Shown one piece after another: positions 24,746 to 38,800 of a DNA stretch of 64,000 nucleotides; within the stretch, counting starts at the first letter, position 1, and the number at the start of each line of letters is the position of its first letter. The DNA is from Heptranchias perlo. Its lineage: Eukaryota. The DNA is taken from contig NW_027139272.1 in NCBI RefSeq assembly GCF_035084215.1, positions 62,001 through 126,000 on the forward strand, read 5' to 3'. The position numbers were made by a program, and so were the translations under genes. The notes beneath the pieces were generated by a model. The model did not search any database, was not told the origin of the DNA, and saw nothing but the letters and a program-made list of their open reading frames with translations.

Positions 24746-25736
24746 AACTAACCCCTCTTTTTGCTTCTCTCTCCTGATTCTCCTTCTATCTTTCTTCCCT
24801 TTCCTTTTGGATGGGAGGTGGTTGGTGGCGTCGTGCGGTGACTGAAAGAGCCAGCAACATCTGCCCATTGCATTTGAGGTGGGGCCGACAGGGAAAATAT
24901 GGCCCTCAGCTGTTCCCTTCCCATCTCCACCCCAATCACTTGTGTTTCCCTCCCCCCCGCCATCACATCCTTCACCCTTTATCTTCCCACAATCCCCTCC
25001 CCTTCCAACCACCCCCACTCCCATAACTAACCCCACCTCTTCCCCTTTGAACTATCCACTCAACCTCTGCCTCCTGTGCCCCCTCCCTTCACTGACACTC
25101 ACCTCACCCTGAACCCTCCACCCACTCCCCTCCGTCCTTATTTGCTCCCCCAAAACCAGTTGGAGAGAGAGCCCAGGCCCCCCCCCCCCACTCTTCCTGT
25201 TTCCCTCCTCCCCTTCCCTCCCTTCCTCGCTGTTTCCCTCAAACAGACTTTGTTTGCTTTTAAAATTCAATAAATCTAATTAGAATGAGGAAAGACTCAC
25301 CTGTCTTCCTTTCTCTCTCACAGGTGTAAATAAATAGCATTTACCTTTTCTAACAACCAGCACAACAAAGGTAAGATAATATATAGGTTTTAAAATTCAA
25401 TTGGTGTATTATTTTATTATGTGGTCGGGTCCAGGCTGGTGTTTATGCTCCACACGAGCCTCCTCCCTCCTCACTTCCTCTACCCTCTCAGGATATCCCT
25501 CGATTACTTTCTCCCTCAAAGCTTCTGAAATCATCCTGTAGATTTCTGTAAATAATTTGAACACTAAAGCTGCTAGAAGCTAAAGGAAAACATCCCATCA
25601 CCACTGTTTATAGTGTCACAGCACAGGAGGAGGCTGCAAGAAAGACGCTTTCTAGACCAAATCATAGTCACGTATCCCATCCTGCAAAGCTTTAGGCGCT
25701 TGTCTGAAAAGCGAGGCTGTGGGCAGACCTTGCCTC

Positions 25737-26404
25737 TGTGAGAATACAAAGGGAGCCAACACTCCACAGGAAATGATATGCCTGACATCAGGCAAAGTGA
25801 TTGGGAATATTGCAAAGTCAAGAAAACTGTGAACTGACGCATTGAAGACCAAATTGTCAGGAACAGATAACAAAACATTCCAAGGCACAATCAAAGACCC
25901 AGGACCTGGGCACAGATTAAATACACAGAAAGATAAGGGGATGGCCCACCCCCATAGGATAGAATGGACAACAGTTAACACCATGGGATGGATATCTGAA
26001 AGATGTCTGGAACAATGGGCACCCTGGGGTGGGGGGGAAGAGACGTTCGAGACAGATGACATCACGGGATAACGTCGTTAAGCTACCAGAAGCAACTATG
26101 CTTCAGAAAGATGTATAAACTGGGACACTGGCCCACTACAGTTAGAAGCAGCTTCTGGGGCAATGAAGGCCAACACACCCTACGATACCAGGCCTGATCA
26201 GCTTGAAACTTCCAAGGGACAGGTTGTACCATCCTTGTTTATTTGATATAACTGTATTAGAACATTGTTTTGGTGTCGAAGCTTGCATCTTCGGTCACAC
26301 TCGGGCCCGAATCATGGTGGAAATTATTATTAAGAAGAATTAACAACCCTTTGGTAGCATTAATAATAACATATTTCCAACATTTCTGGCGTCCCTGGTT
26401 GGAA
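25737..26404 (+). mobile_element. Probable 5' LTR followed by a tRNA-Asn primer-binding site
   Basis: TATA-like TATAAA at ~26114; ends ...CCAACA at 26382; then TGGCGTCCCTGGTTGG at 26387, complementary to the vertebrate tRNA-Asn 3' end. The left boundary is a guess. Confidence 0.5.
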
Positions 26405-26552
26405 CCGAATCAGTGGGTCCCTGTCTCGAACCAGATCACTGGGACCCTGTCTAGAACCGGATCGTTGGGTCCCTGTCTAGAACCAGATCACGGGGTACCT
26501 GTCTGGAACTGGATCGTTGGGTCCCTGTCTAGAACCGGATCATTGGGTCCTC
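26387..26552. repeat. 26-bp tandem repeat starting at the PBS
   Basis: ~6 units like TGGGTCCCTGTCTAGAACCGGATCGT. Confidence 0.8.
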
Positions 26553-26667
26553 TTCACAATGTGGAGGGAGGAAAACCTCGCATTGAAATCAGGACGGAGC
26601 CTCATTATAATCTAATTAAGTCTAACTAGGGGAAATCACTTTAATTACAGTATTGAAATTAAATCCA

Positions 26668-27140
26668 ATTATAACAACAACTTGCATTGATATAATGCCT
26701 TTAACGTCACAAGGTGCTTCACACGAGCAATTATCAAACAAAATTGGACACAGAGACACATAAAGAGATATGAGGATAGGTGACCAAAAGCTTGGTCAGA
26801 GGTCGGTTTTAACGAGTGTCTTAAAGGAGGAGAGAAAGGTGGAGAGGCAAAGGGCTTTAGGAAGGGAATTCCAGAGCTTAGGGCCGAGGTAGCTGAAGGC
26901 ACGGCCAGCAATGGTGGAGCAAAGGAAATCAGGGATGGACAAAAGGCCAAAATCAGAGGAGTGCAGAGATTTCAGAGGGTTGTAGGGCTGGAGGAGGTTA
27001 CAGAGATAGGGAGGGGCGAGGCCATGGAGGGATTTGAAAACAAGGATGAGAATTTTAAAATCAAGGCGTTGGTGGACTGGAGCCAATGTAGGTCAGTGAG
27101 CACAGGGGGTGATGGGAGAACGGGACTTGGTGCGAGTCAG
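26668..27140 (-). mobile_element. L2 LINE 3' end
   Basis: QRLDFKILILVFKSLHGLAPPYL...GPKLWNSLP; (TTG)n tail. Confidence 0.88.
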
Positions 27141-29095
27141 GCGTACCGAAAAATGAGGTGCCAACCTGGTGAAGCGACAACTCAGGACTACATGCGTGTT
27201 AAACAGCAGAAGCAACATGCTATAGACAGAGCTAAGCGATTCCACAACCAACGGATCAGATCAAAATTCTGCAGTCCTGCCACATCCAGTCATGAATGGT
27301 GGTGGACAATTAAACAACTAACGGGAGGAGGAGGCTCTGCAAACATCCCCATCCTCAATGATGGCGGAGTCCAGCACGTGAGTGCAAAAGGCAAGTCTGA
27401 AGAGTTTCAGCCAGAAGTGCTGAGTGGATGATCCATCTCGGCCTCCTCCTGATATCCCCACCATCACAGAAGCCAGTCTTCAGCCAATTCGATTCACTCC
27501 ACGTGATATCAAGAAACGGCTGAGTGCACTGGATACAGCAAAGGCTATTGGCCCCGACAACATCCCGGCTGTAGTGCTGAACTCTTGTGCTCCAGAACTA
27601 GCCGTGCCTCGAGCCAAACTGTTCCAGTACAGCTACAACACTGGCATCTACCCGACAATGTGGAAAATTGCCCAGGTATGTCCTGTCCACAAAAAGCAGA
27701 ACAAATCCAATCCGGCCAATTACCGCCCCATCAGTCTACTCTCAATCATCAGCAAAGTGATGGAAGGTGTCATCGACAGTGCTATCAAGCAGCACGTATT
27801 CATCAATAACCTGCTCACCGATGATCAGTTTGGGTTCCGCCAGGACCACTCAGCTCCAGACCTCATTACAGCCTTCGTCCAAACATGGACAAAAGAGCTG
27901 AATTCCAGAGGTGAGGTGAGAGTGACTGACCTTGACATCAAGGCAGCATTTGACCGAGTGTGGCACCAAGGAGCCCAAGTAAAATTGAAGTCAATGGGAA
28001 TCAGGGGGAAAACTCTCCAGTGGCTGGTATCACACCTAGCACAAAGGAAGATGGTAGTGGTTGTTGGAGGACAATCATCTCAGCCCCAGGACATTGCTGC
28101 AGGAGTCCCTCAGGGTAGTGTCCTCGGCCCAACCATCTTCAGCTGCTTCATCAATGACCTTCCCTCCATCATAAGGTCAGAAATGGGGATGTTCGCTGAT
28201 GATTGCACAGTGTTCAGTTCCATTCGCAACCCGTCAGATAATGAGTCCGAGCCCGCATGCGGCAAGAACTGGACAACATCCAGCCTTGAGCTCATAAGTG
28301 GCAACTAACATTTGTGCCAGACAAGTGCCAGGCAATGACCATCTCCAACAAGAGAGAATCTAACCACCTCCACTTGACATTCAACGGCATTACCATCGCC
28401 GAATCCCCCACCATCAACATCCTGGGGGTCACCATTGACCAGAAACTTAACTGGATCAGCCATATAAATACTGTGGCTGCAAGACCAGGTCAGAGGCTGG
28501 GTATTCTGCGGTGACTGACTCATCTCCTGACTCCCCAAAGCCTTTCCACCATCTACAAGGCACAAGTCAGGAGTGTGATGGAATACTCTCCACTTGCCTG
28601 GATGAGTGCAGCTCCAACAACACTCAAGAAGCTCAACACCATCCAGGACAAAGCAGCCCGCTTAATTTGCACCCCATCCACCACCCTAAACATTCACTCC
28701 CTTCACCACCAGCGCACTGTGGCTGCAGTGTGTACCATCCACAGGATGCACTGCAGCAACTCTCCAAGGCTTCTTCGACAGCACCTCCCAAACCCGCAAC
28801 CTCTACCACCTGGAAGGACAAGAGCAGCAGGCGCATGGGAACAACACCACCTGCACGTTCCCCTCCAAGTCACACACCATCCCGACTTGGAAATATATCG
28901 CCGTTCCTTCATCGTCGCTGGGTCAAAATCCTGGAACTCCCTTCCTAACAGCACTGTGGGAGAACCGTCACCACACGGACTGCAGCGGTTCAAGAAGGCG
29001 GCTCATCACCACCTTCTCAAGAGCAATTAGGGATGGGCAATAAATGCCGGCCTCGCCAGCGACGCCCACATCCCATGAATGAATTTTTAAAAATA
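27141..29095 (+). mobile_element. LINE family B (CR1/L2 group), 5'-truncated, RT region
   Basis: NYRPISLLS, DIKAAFDRVWH, GVPQGSVLGP and MFADD; few frameshifts; same 3' UTR as the copies at 7530 and 12085. Confidence 0.92.
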
Positions 29096-29570
29096 ATCCT
29101 GCCCGCTTTACGATCCTGTCAATTTACGATCCTGCCCCAGACCAATTTCGAACCCTGAGTTTCTACAATAAAACAAACATGTCTGTTTGTATAATTAGCT
29201 TCATCTTCTCCCTCCCTTTGATAATGTGCTAACTGACATTGCAGTTCAGCTGTGGGCAGCCCTCCAGTTCTTTGCTGCAGGTGGCCAGTTTTTGTATGAG
29301 AGAATCAGTCGGCTATTCGACTGTAGAAGATATCACAGCTGATCCTCCTCCTGTAAACAGCTTCTCTACAGTCCAGGGCACTGAGCCCGATTGTTGCCTT
29401 GGGAGTGAAGAGCTGAGTGAGCAGAAAGCCGAGCCCACCAGGTCAGCATGGCGATGTCTTTATCCATGGCCTTCGGGGGAGGTGCGATTTTCGCTTTAAT
29501 GCAAAAGGCAGATTATGTGCAGTAAACGTGTTTACTAATCGTTATGTGTTGTGTTTCTAATTGTACGCAG

Positions 29571-29592
29571 GAGTTAAAGGACTGAAGCGGAG
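29571..29592 (+). pseudogene. TRIM paralog pseudogene, exon-4 remnant (22 bp)
   Basis: TTGTACGCAG|GAGTTAAAGGACTGAAGCGGAG|GTGAGG; one base shorter than the 23-bp exon, giving an in-frame TGA. Confidence 0.7.
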
Positions 29593-29704
29593 GTGAGGGT
29601 GAATTTTAAACCTTGTCTTCCACATTCTCACACTGTTTATTTATTTTTACACCCCCCCACGGCTTAATATTTCAAACAAACCTGTTAATGAACCATTTCC
29701 TCAG

Positions 29705-29824
29705 GTTCCAGGAAAAGAGAGGAAATGACAGACTGTGTGGTGAGCAGTGATCTGGAGTTGGGAGTGTTCAGGGAACCCCTGCAATACACAGTCTAGAAAG
29801 AAATGCGACAAATGCTCTCTCCCG
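29705..29824 (+). pseudogene. TRIM paralog pseudogene, exon-5 remnant
   Basis: TTTCCTCAG acceptor; encodes VSSDLELGVFREPLQYTV*KEMRQMLSP versus VSASLKYAVFRGPLLYAVWKEMKQIISP in the intact gene; TAG at 29794; donor G|GTAAGC. Confidence 0.85.
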
Positions 29825-32800
29825 GTAAGCACCGATAGATATACCGCAATACACTCTCCAGGTAAACACCAATAGATATACCGCAATACACTCTCCCGGT
29901 AAACACCGATAGATATACCGCAATACACTCTCCCGGTAAACACCGATAGATATACCGCAATACACTCTCCCGGTAAACACCGATAGATATACCGCAATAC
30001 ATTCTCCCGGTAAACACCGATAGATATACCGCAATACACTCTCCCGGTAAACACCGATAGATATACCGCAATACACTCTCCCGGTAAACACCGATAGATA
30101 TACCGCAATACACTCTCCCGGTAAACACCAATAGATATACACCGTTAGATTTACCCTAATCCCCTCTCTCGGTAAACACCGATAGATTTACCCCAATCCC
30201 CTCTCTCGGTAAACACCGATAGATTTACCCTAATCCCCTCTCTCCTGGTAAACACCGATAGATTTACCCTAATCCACTCTCTCGGTAAACACCAATAGAT
30301 TCTAATCCCTTCTCTCGGGAAACACCGATAGGTTTACCCTAATCCCCTCTCTCGGTAAACACCGATAGATTCTAATCCCCTCTCTCGGTAAACACCGATA
30401 GATTTACCCCAATCCCCTCTCTCGGTAAACACCATTAGATTTACCCTAATCCCCTCTCTCGGTAAACACCGATAGATTTACCCTAATCCACTCTCTCAGT
30501 AAACACCGATAGATTTACCCTAATCCCCTCTCTCGGTAAACACCGATAGATTTACCCTAATCCCCTCTCTCGGTGAACACCGATGGATTTACCCTAATCC
30601 CCTCTCCTGGTAAACACCGATAGATTTACCCTAATCCCCTCTCTCGGTGAACACCGATAGATTTACCCTAATCCCCTTTCTCGGTAAACACCGATAGATT
30701 TACCCTAATCCCCTCTCTCGGTGAACACCGGTAGATTTACCCCAATCCCCTCTCTCGGTGAACACCGATAGATTTACCCCAATCCACTCTCTCGGTGAAC
30801 ACCGGTAGATTTACCCCAATCCCCTCTCTCAGTAAACACCGATTGATTTACCCTGATCCCCTCACTCCTGGTAAACACTGATAGATTTACCCTAATCCCC
30901 TCTCTCCTGGTAAACACCGATAGATTTACCCTAATCCCCTCTCTCCTGGTGAACACCGATAGATTTACCCTAATCCCCTCTCTCCTGTTAAACACCGATT
31001 GATTTACCCTAATCCCCTCTCTCGGTGAACACCGATAGATTTACCCGAATCCCCTCTCTCAGTAAACATCGATTGATTTACCCTAATCCCCTCTCTCGGT
31101 AAACACCAATAGATTTACCCTAATCCCCTCTCTCGGTGAACACCGATAGATTCACCCTAATCCCCTCTCGCGGTGAACACCGATAGATTTACCCTTATCC
31201 CCTCTCTCGGTGAACACCGATAGATTTAACCTAATCCCCTCTCTCGGTAAACACCGATAGATTTACCCCAATCCCCTCTCTGGGTGAACACCGATAGATT
31301 TACCCTAACCCCTCTCTCTGTAAACACCGATAGATTTACCCTAATCCCCTCTCTCGGTAAACACCGATAGATTTACCCCAATCCCCTCTCTCCTGGTGAA
31401 CACCGATAGATTTACCCTAATCCCATCTCTCCTGGTAAACACCGATAGATTTACCCTAATCCCCTCTCTCGGTAAACACCGATAGATTTACCCTAATCCC
31501 CTCTCCTGGTAAACACTGATAGATTTACCCTAATCCCCTCTCTCGGGAAACACCGATAGATTTACCCTAATCCCCTCTCTCGGTGAACACCATTAGATTT
31601 ACCCTAATCCCCTCTCTCGGTAAACACCGATAGATTTACCCCAATCCCCTCTATCGGTGAACACCGGTAGATTTACCCCAATCCCCTCTCTCGGTGAACA
31701 CCGATAGATTTACCCTAATCCCCTCTCTCGGTGAACACCGATAGATTTACCCTAATCCCCTCTCTCAGTAAACACCGATTGATTTACCCTGATCCCCTCT
31801 CTCGGTAAACACTGATAGATTTACCCTAATCCCCTCTCTCCTGGTAAACACCGATAGATTTACCCTAATCCCCTCTCTCGGTAAACACTGATAGATTTAC
31901 CCTAATCCCCTCTCTCCTGGTAAACACCGATAGATTTACCCTAATCCCCTCTCTCCTGGTGAACACCGATAGATTTACCCTAATCCCCTCTCTCCTGGTA
32001 AACACCGATAGATTTACCCTAATCCCCTCTCTCGGTGAACACCGATAGATTTACCCTAATCCCCTCTCTCAGTAAACACCGATTGATTTACCCGAATCCC
32101 CTCTCTCGGTGAACACCATTAGATTTTCCCTAATCCCCTCTCTCGGTAAACACCGATAGATTTACCCAAATCCACTCTCTCGGTAAACACCAATAGATTT
32201 ACCCTAATCCCCTCTCTCGGTGAACACCGATAGATTTACCCTAATCCCCTCTCTCGGTGAACACCGATAGATTTACCCTTATCCCCTCTCTCGGTGAACA
32301 CCGATAGATTTACCCTAATCCCCTCTCTCGGTGAACACCGATAGATTTACCCAAATCCCCTCTCTCGGTAAACAGCAATAGATTTACCCTAATCCCCTCT
32401 CTCGGTGAACACCGATAGATTCACCCTAATCCCCTCTCTCGGTGAACACCGATAGATTTACCCTTATCCCCTCTCTCGGTGAACACCGATAGATTTAACC
32501 TAATCCCCTCTCTCGGTAAACACCGATAGATTTACCCCAATCCCCTCTCTGGGTGAACACCGATAGATTTACCCTAATCCCCTCTCTCGGTAAACACCGA
32601 TAGATTTACCCTAATCCCCTCTCTCGGTAAACACCGATAGATTTACCCCAATCCCCTCTCTCCTGGTGAACACCGATAGATTTATCCTAATCCCATCTCT
32701 CCTGGTAAACACCGATAGATTTACCCTAATCCCCTCTCTCGGTAAACACCGATAGATTTACCCTAATCCCCTCTCCTGGTAAACACTGATAGATTTACCC

Positions 32801-35800
32801 TAATCCCCTCTCTCGGTAAACACCGATAGATTTACCCTAATCCCCTCTCTCGGTGAACACCATTAGATTTACCCTAATCCCCTCTCTCGGTAAACACCGA
32901 TAGATTTACCCCAATCCCCTCTCTCGGTGAACACCGGTAGATTTACCCCAATCCCCTCTCTCGGTGAACACCGATAGATTTACCCTAATCCCCTCGCTCG
33001 GTGAACACCGATAGATTTACCCTAATCCCCTCTCTCAGTAAACACCGATTGATTTACCCTGATCCCCTCTCTCGGTAAACACTGATAGATTTACCCTAAT
33101 CCCCTCTCTCCTGGTAAACACCGATAGATTTACCCTAATCCCCTCTCTCGGTAAACACTGATAGATTTACCCTAATCCCCTCTCTCCTGGTAAACACCGA
33201 TAGATTTACCCTAATCCCCTCTCTCCTGGTGAACACCGATAGATTTACCCTAATCCCCTCTCTCCTGGTAAACACCGATAGATTTACCCTAATCCCCTCT
33301 CTCGGTGAACACCGATAGATTTACCCTAATCCCCTCTCTCAGTAAACACCGATTGATTTACCCGAATCCCCTCTCTCGGTGAACACCATTAGATTTACCC
33401 TAATCCCCTCTCTCGGTAAACACCGATAGATTTACCCAAATCCCCTCTCTCGGTAAACACCAATAGATTTACCCTAATCCCCTCTCTCGGTAAACACCGA
33501 TAGATTTACCCTAATCCCCTCTCTCGGTGAACACCGATAGATTTACCCTTATCCCCTCTCTCGGTGAACACCGATAGATTTACCCTAATCCCCTCTCTCG
33601 GTGAACACCGATAGATTTACCCTAATCCCCTCTCTGGGTGAACACCGATAGATTTACCCTAATCCCCTCTCTCGGTAAACACCGATAGATTTACCCCAAT
33701 CCCCTCTCTCGGTAAACACCGATAGATTTACCCCAATCCCCTCTCTCCTGGTGAACACCGATAGATTTACCCTAATCCCCTCTCCTGGTAAACACTGATA
33801 GATTTACCCTAATCCCCTCTCTCGGTAAACACCGATAGATTTACCCTAATCCCCTCTCTCGGTGAACACCATTAGATTTACCCTAATCCCCTCTCTCGGT
33901 AAAAAACGATAGATTTACCCAAATCCCCTCTCTCGGTAAACACCAATAGATTTACCCTAATCCCCTCTCTCGGTGAACACCGATAGATTTACCCTAATCC
34001 CCTCTCTCCTGGTAAACACCGATAGATTTACCCTAATCCCCTCTCTCGGTGAACACCGATAGATTTACCCTAATCCCCTCTCTCGGTGAACACCGATAGA
34101 TTTACCCTAATCCCCTCTCTCGGTGAACACCGATAGACTTACCCTAATCCCCTCTCTCGGTGAACACCGATAGATTTACCCTAATCCCCTCTCTCGGTAA
34201 ACACCGATAGATTTACCCTAATCCCCTCTCTCGGTAAACACCGATAGATTTACCCTAATCCCCTCTCTCGGTGAACACAGATAGATTTACCCTAATCCCC
34301 TCTCTCGGTAAACACCGATAGACTAACCCAAATCCCCTCTCTCGGTAAACACCGATAGATTTACCCCAATCCCCTCTCTCGGTGAACACCGATAGATTTA
34401 CCCTAATCCCCTCTCTCGGTAAACACTGATAGTTTTACCCTAATCCCCTCTCTCGGTAAACACTGATAGATTTACCCTAATCCCCTCTCTCGGTGAACAC
34501 CGGTAGATTTACTCCAATCCCCTCTCTCGGTAAACACTGATAGATTTACCCCATTCCCCTCTCTCGGTAAACATTGATAGATTTACCCTAATCCCCTCTC
34601 TCGGTAAACACCGATAGATTGACCCAAATTCCCTCTCTCCTGGTAAACACCGATAGATTTACCCCAATCCCCTCTCTCGGTAAACACCGATAGATTTACC
34701 CCAAACCCCTCTCTCGGTAAACACCGATAGATTTACCCTAATCCCCTCTCTCCAGGTGAACACCGATAGATTTTCCCTAATCCCCTCTTTCGGTGAACAC
34801 CAATAGATTTACCCTAATCCCCTCTCTCGGTAAACACCGATAGATTTACCCCAAACCCCTCTCTCGGTAAACACCGATAGATTTACCCTAATCCCCTCTG
34901 TCCTGGTGAACACCGATAGATTTACCCTAATCCCCTCTCTCGGTGAACACCGATAGATTTAACCGAATCCCCTCTCTCGGTAAACACCGATAGATTTACC
35001 CTAATCCCCTCTCTCCTGGTGAACACCGATAGATTTACCCCAATCCCCTCTCTCGGTAAACACCGATAGATTTACCCCAATCCCCTCTCTCTGTAAACAC
35101 CGATAGATTTACCCTAATCCCCTCTATCCTGGTGAACACCGATAGATTTACCCTAATCCCCTCTCTCGGTGAACACCGATAGATTTACCGTAATCCCCTC
35201 TCTCGGTAAACACCGACAGATTTACCCTAATCCCCTCTCTCGGTGAACACCGATAGATTTACCCTAATCCCCTCTCTCCTGGTAAACACCGATAGATTTA
35301 CCCTAATCCCCTCTCTCGGTAAACATCGATAGATTTACCCTAATCCCCTCTCCTGGTAAACACCGATAGATTTACCCTAATCCCCTCTCTCGGTAAACAC
35401 CGATAGATTTACCCTAATCCCCTCTCTCGGTAAACACCGATAGATTTACCCCAATCCCCTCTCTCGGTAAACACCGATAGATTTACCCTAATCCCCTCTC
35501 TCGGTAAACACCGATGGATTTACCCCAATCCCCTCTCTCGGTGAACACCGATAGATTTACCCCAATCCCCTCTCTCGGTAAACACCAATAGATTTACCCT
35601 AATCCCCTCTCTCGGTGAACACCGATAGATTTACCCTAATCCCCTCTCTCAGTAAACACCGCTGGATTTACCCTAATCCCCTCTCTCGGTAAACACCGAT
35701 AGATTTACCCTAATCCCCTCTCTCGGTGAACACTGATAGATTTACCCTAATCCCCTCTCTCGGTAAACACCGATAGATTTACCCTAAACCCTTCTCTCCT

Positions 35801-38800
35801 GGTAAACACCGATAGATTTACCCTAATCCCCTCTCTCGGTAAACACCGATAGATTTACCAGAATCCCCTCTCTCGGTAAACACCGATAGATTTACCCCAA
35901 TCCCCTCTCTCGGTAAACACTGATAGATTTATCCTAATCTCCTCTCTCGGTAAACACTGATAGTTTTACCCTAATCCCCTCTCTCGGTAAACACTGATAG
36001 ATTTACCCTAATCCCCTCTCTCGGTAAACACTGATAGTTTTACCCTAATCCCCTCTCTCGGTAAACACTGATAGATTTACCCTAATCCCCTCTCTCGGTG
36101 AACACCGGTAGATTTACCCCAATCCCCTCTCTCGGTAAACACTGATAGATTTACCCCATTCCCCTCTCTCGGTAAACATTGATAGATTTACCCTAATCCC
36201 CTCTCTCGGTAAACACCGATAGATTGACCAAAATCCCCTCTCTCCTGGTAAACACCGATAGATTTACCCCAATCCCCTCTCTCCTGGTAAACACCGATAG
36301 ATTTACCCTAATCCCCTCTCTCGTTAAACACCGATAGATTTACCCGAATCCCCTCTCTCGGTAAACACCGATAGATTTACCCTAATCCCCTCTCTCGGTA
36401 AGCACCGGTAGATTTACCCCAATCCCCTCTCTCGGTAAACACCGATAGATTTACCCCAATCCCCTCTCTCGGTAAACATTGATAGATTTACCCTAATCCC
36501 CTCTCTCGGTAAACACCGATAGATTGACCCTAATCCCCTCTCTCGGTAAACACCGATAGATTTACCCTAATCCCCTCTCTCCTGTTAAACACCGATAGAT
36601 TCACCCTAATCCCCTCTATCGGTAAACACCGATAGATTTACCCCAATCCCCTCTCTCGGTAAACACCGATAGATTTACCCTAATCCCCTCTCTCCTGGTA
36701 AACACCGATAGATTTACCCTAATCCCCTCTCTCCTGGTGAACACCGATAGATTTACCCTAATCCCCTCTCTCGGTGAACACCGATAGATTTACCGTAATC
36801 CCCTCTCTCGGTAAACACCGATAGATTTACCGTAATCCCCTCTCTCGGTAAACACCGACAGATTTACCCTAATCCCCTCTCTCGGTGAACACCGATAGAT
36901 TTACCCTAATCCCCTCTCCTGGTAAACACCGATAGATTTACCCGAATCCCCTCTCTCGGTAAACATCGATAGATTTACCCTAATCCCCTCTCCTGGTAAA
37001 CACCGATAGATTTACCCGAATCCCCTCTCTCGGTAAACACCGATAGATTTACCCTAATCCCCTCTCTCGGTAAACACTGATAGATTTACCCTAAACCCCT
37101 CTCTCAGTAAACATCGATAGATTTACCCTAATCCCCTCTCCTGGTAAACACCGATAGATTTACCCTAATCCCCTCTCTCGGTAAACATCGATAGATTTAC
37201 CCTAATCCCCTCTCCTGGTAAACATCGATAGATTTACCCTAATCCCCTCTCTCGGTAAACACCGATAGATTTACCCTAATCCCCTCTCTCGGTGAACACC
37301 GATAGATTTACCCCAATCCCGTCTCTCGGTAAACACCGATAGATTTACCCTAATCCCCTCTCTCGGTGAACACCGACAGATTTACCCTAATCCCCTCTCT
37401 CAGTAAACACCGATAGATTTACCCTAATCCCCTCTCGCGGTAAACACCGATAGATTTACCCTAATCCCCTCTCTCGGTGAACACTGATAGATTTACCCTA
37501 ATCCCCTCTCTCGGTAAACACCGATAGATTTACCCTAATCCCCTCTCTCGGTAAACACCGATAGATTTACCCTAATCCCCTCTCTCCTGGTAAACACCGA
37601 TAGATTTACCCCAATCCCCTCTCTCGGTAAACACCGATAGATTTACCCTAATCCCCTCTCTCCTGGTAAACACCGATAGATTTACCCTAATCCACTCTCT
37701 CGGTAAACACCAATAGATTCTAATCCCTTCTCTCGGGAAACACCGATAGGTTTACCCTAATCCCCTCTCTCGGTAAACACCGATAGATTCTAATCCCCTC
37801 TCTCGGTAAACACCGATAGATTTACCCCAATCCCCTCTCTCGGTAAACACCGATAGATTTACCCTAATCCCCTCTCTCCTGGTAAACACCGATAGATTTA
37901 CCCTAATCCCCTCTCTCGGTAAACACCGATAGATTTACCCTCATCCCCTCTCTCAGTAAACACCGATTGATTTACCCTAATCCCCTCTCTCCTGGTGAAC
38001 ACCGATGGATTTACCCCAATCCCCTCTCTCCTGGTGAACACCGATAGATTTACCCTAATCCCCTCTCCTGGTAAACACCGATAGATTTACCCTAATCCAC
38101 TCTCTCGGTGAACACCATTAGATTTACCCTAATACCCTCTCTCGGTAAACACCAATAGATTTACCCTAATCCCCTCTCTCGCTGAACACCGATAGATTTA
38201 CCCTAATCCCCTCTCTCAGTAAACACCGATAGATTTACCCTAATCCCCTCTCTCGGTAAACACCGATAGATTTACCCAAATCCCCTCTCTCGGTAAACAC
38301 CAATAGATTTACCCTAATCCCCTCTCTCGGTGAACACCGATAGATTCACCCTAATCCCCTCTCTCGGTGAACACCGATAGATTTACCCTTATCCCCTCTC
38401 TCGGTGAATACCGATAGATTTAACCTAATCCCCTCTCTCGGTAAACACCGATAGATTTACCCCAATCCCCTCTCTGGGTGAACACCGATCGATTTACCCT
38501 AATCCCCTCTCTCGGTAAACACCGATAGATTTACCCTAATCCCCTCTCTCGGTAAACACCGATAGATTTACCCCAATCCCCTCTCTCCTGGTGAACACCG
38601 ATAGATTTACCCTAATCCCATCTCTCCTGGTAAACACCGATAGATTTACCCTAATCCCCTCTCTCGGTAAACACCGATAGATTTACCCTAATCCCCTCTC
38701 CTGGTAAACACTGATAGATTTACCCTAATCCCCTCTCTCGGTAAACACCGATAGATTTACCCTAATCCCCTCTCTCGGTGAACACCGATAGATTTACCCT

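Noticed and set aside
25600-25750. Possible RING/B-box remnant of the TRIM pseudogene (LSEK, LCE fragments)
   Set aside because: Too short, and no Cys/His ligand pattern could be recovered
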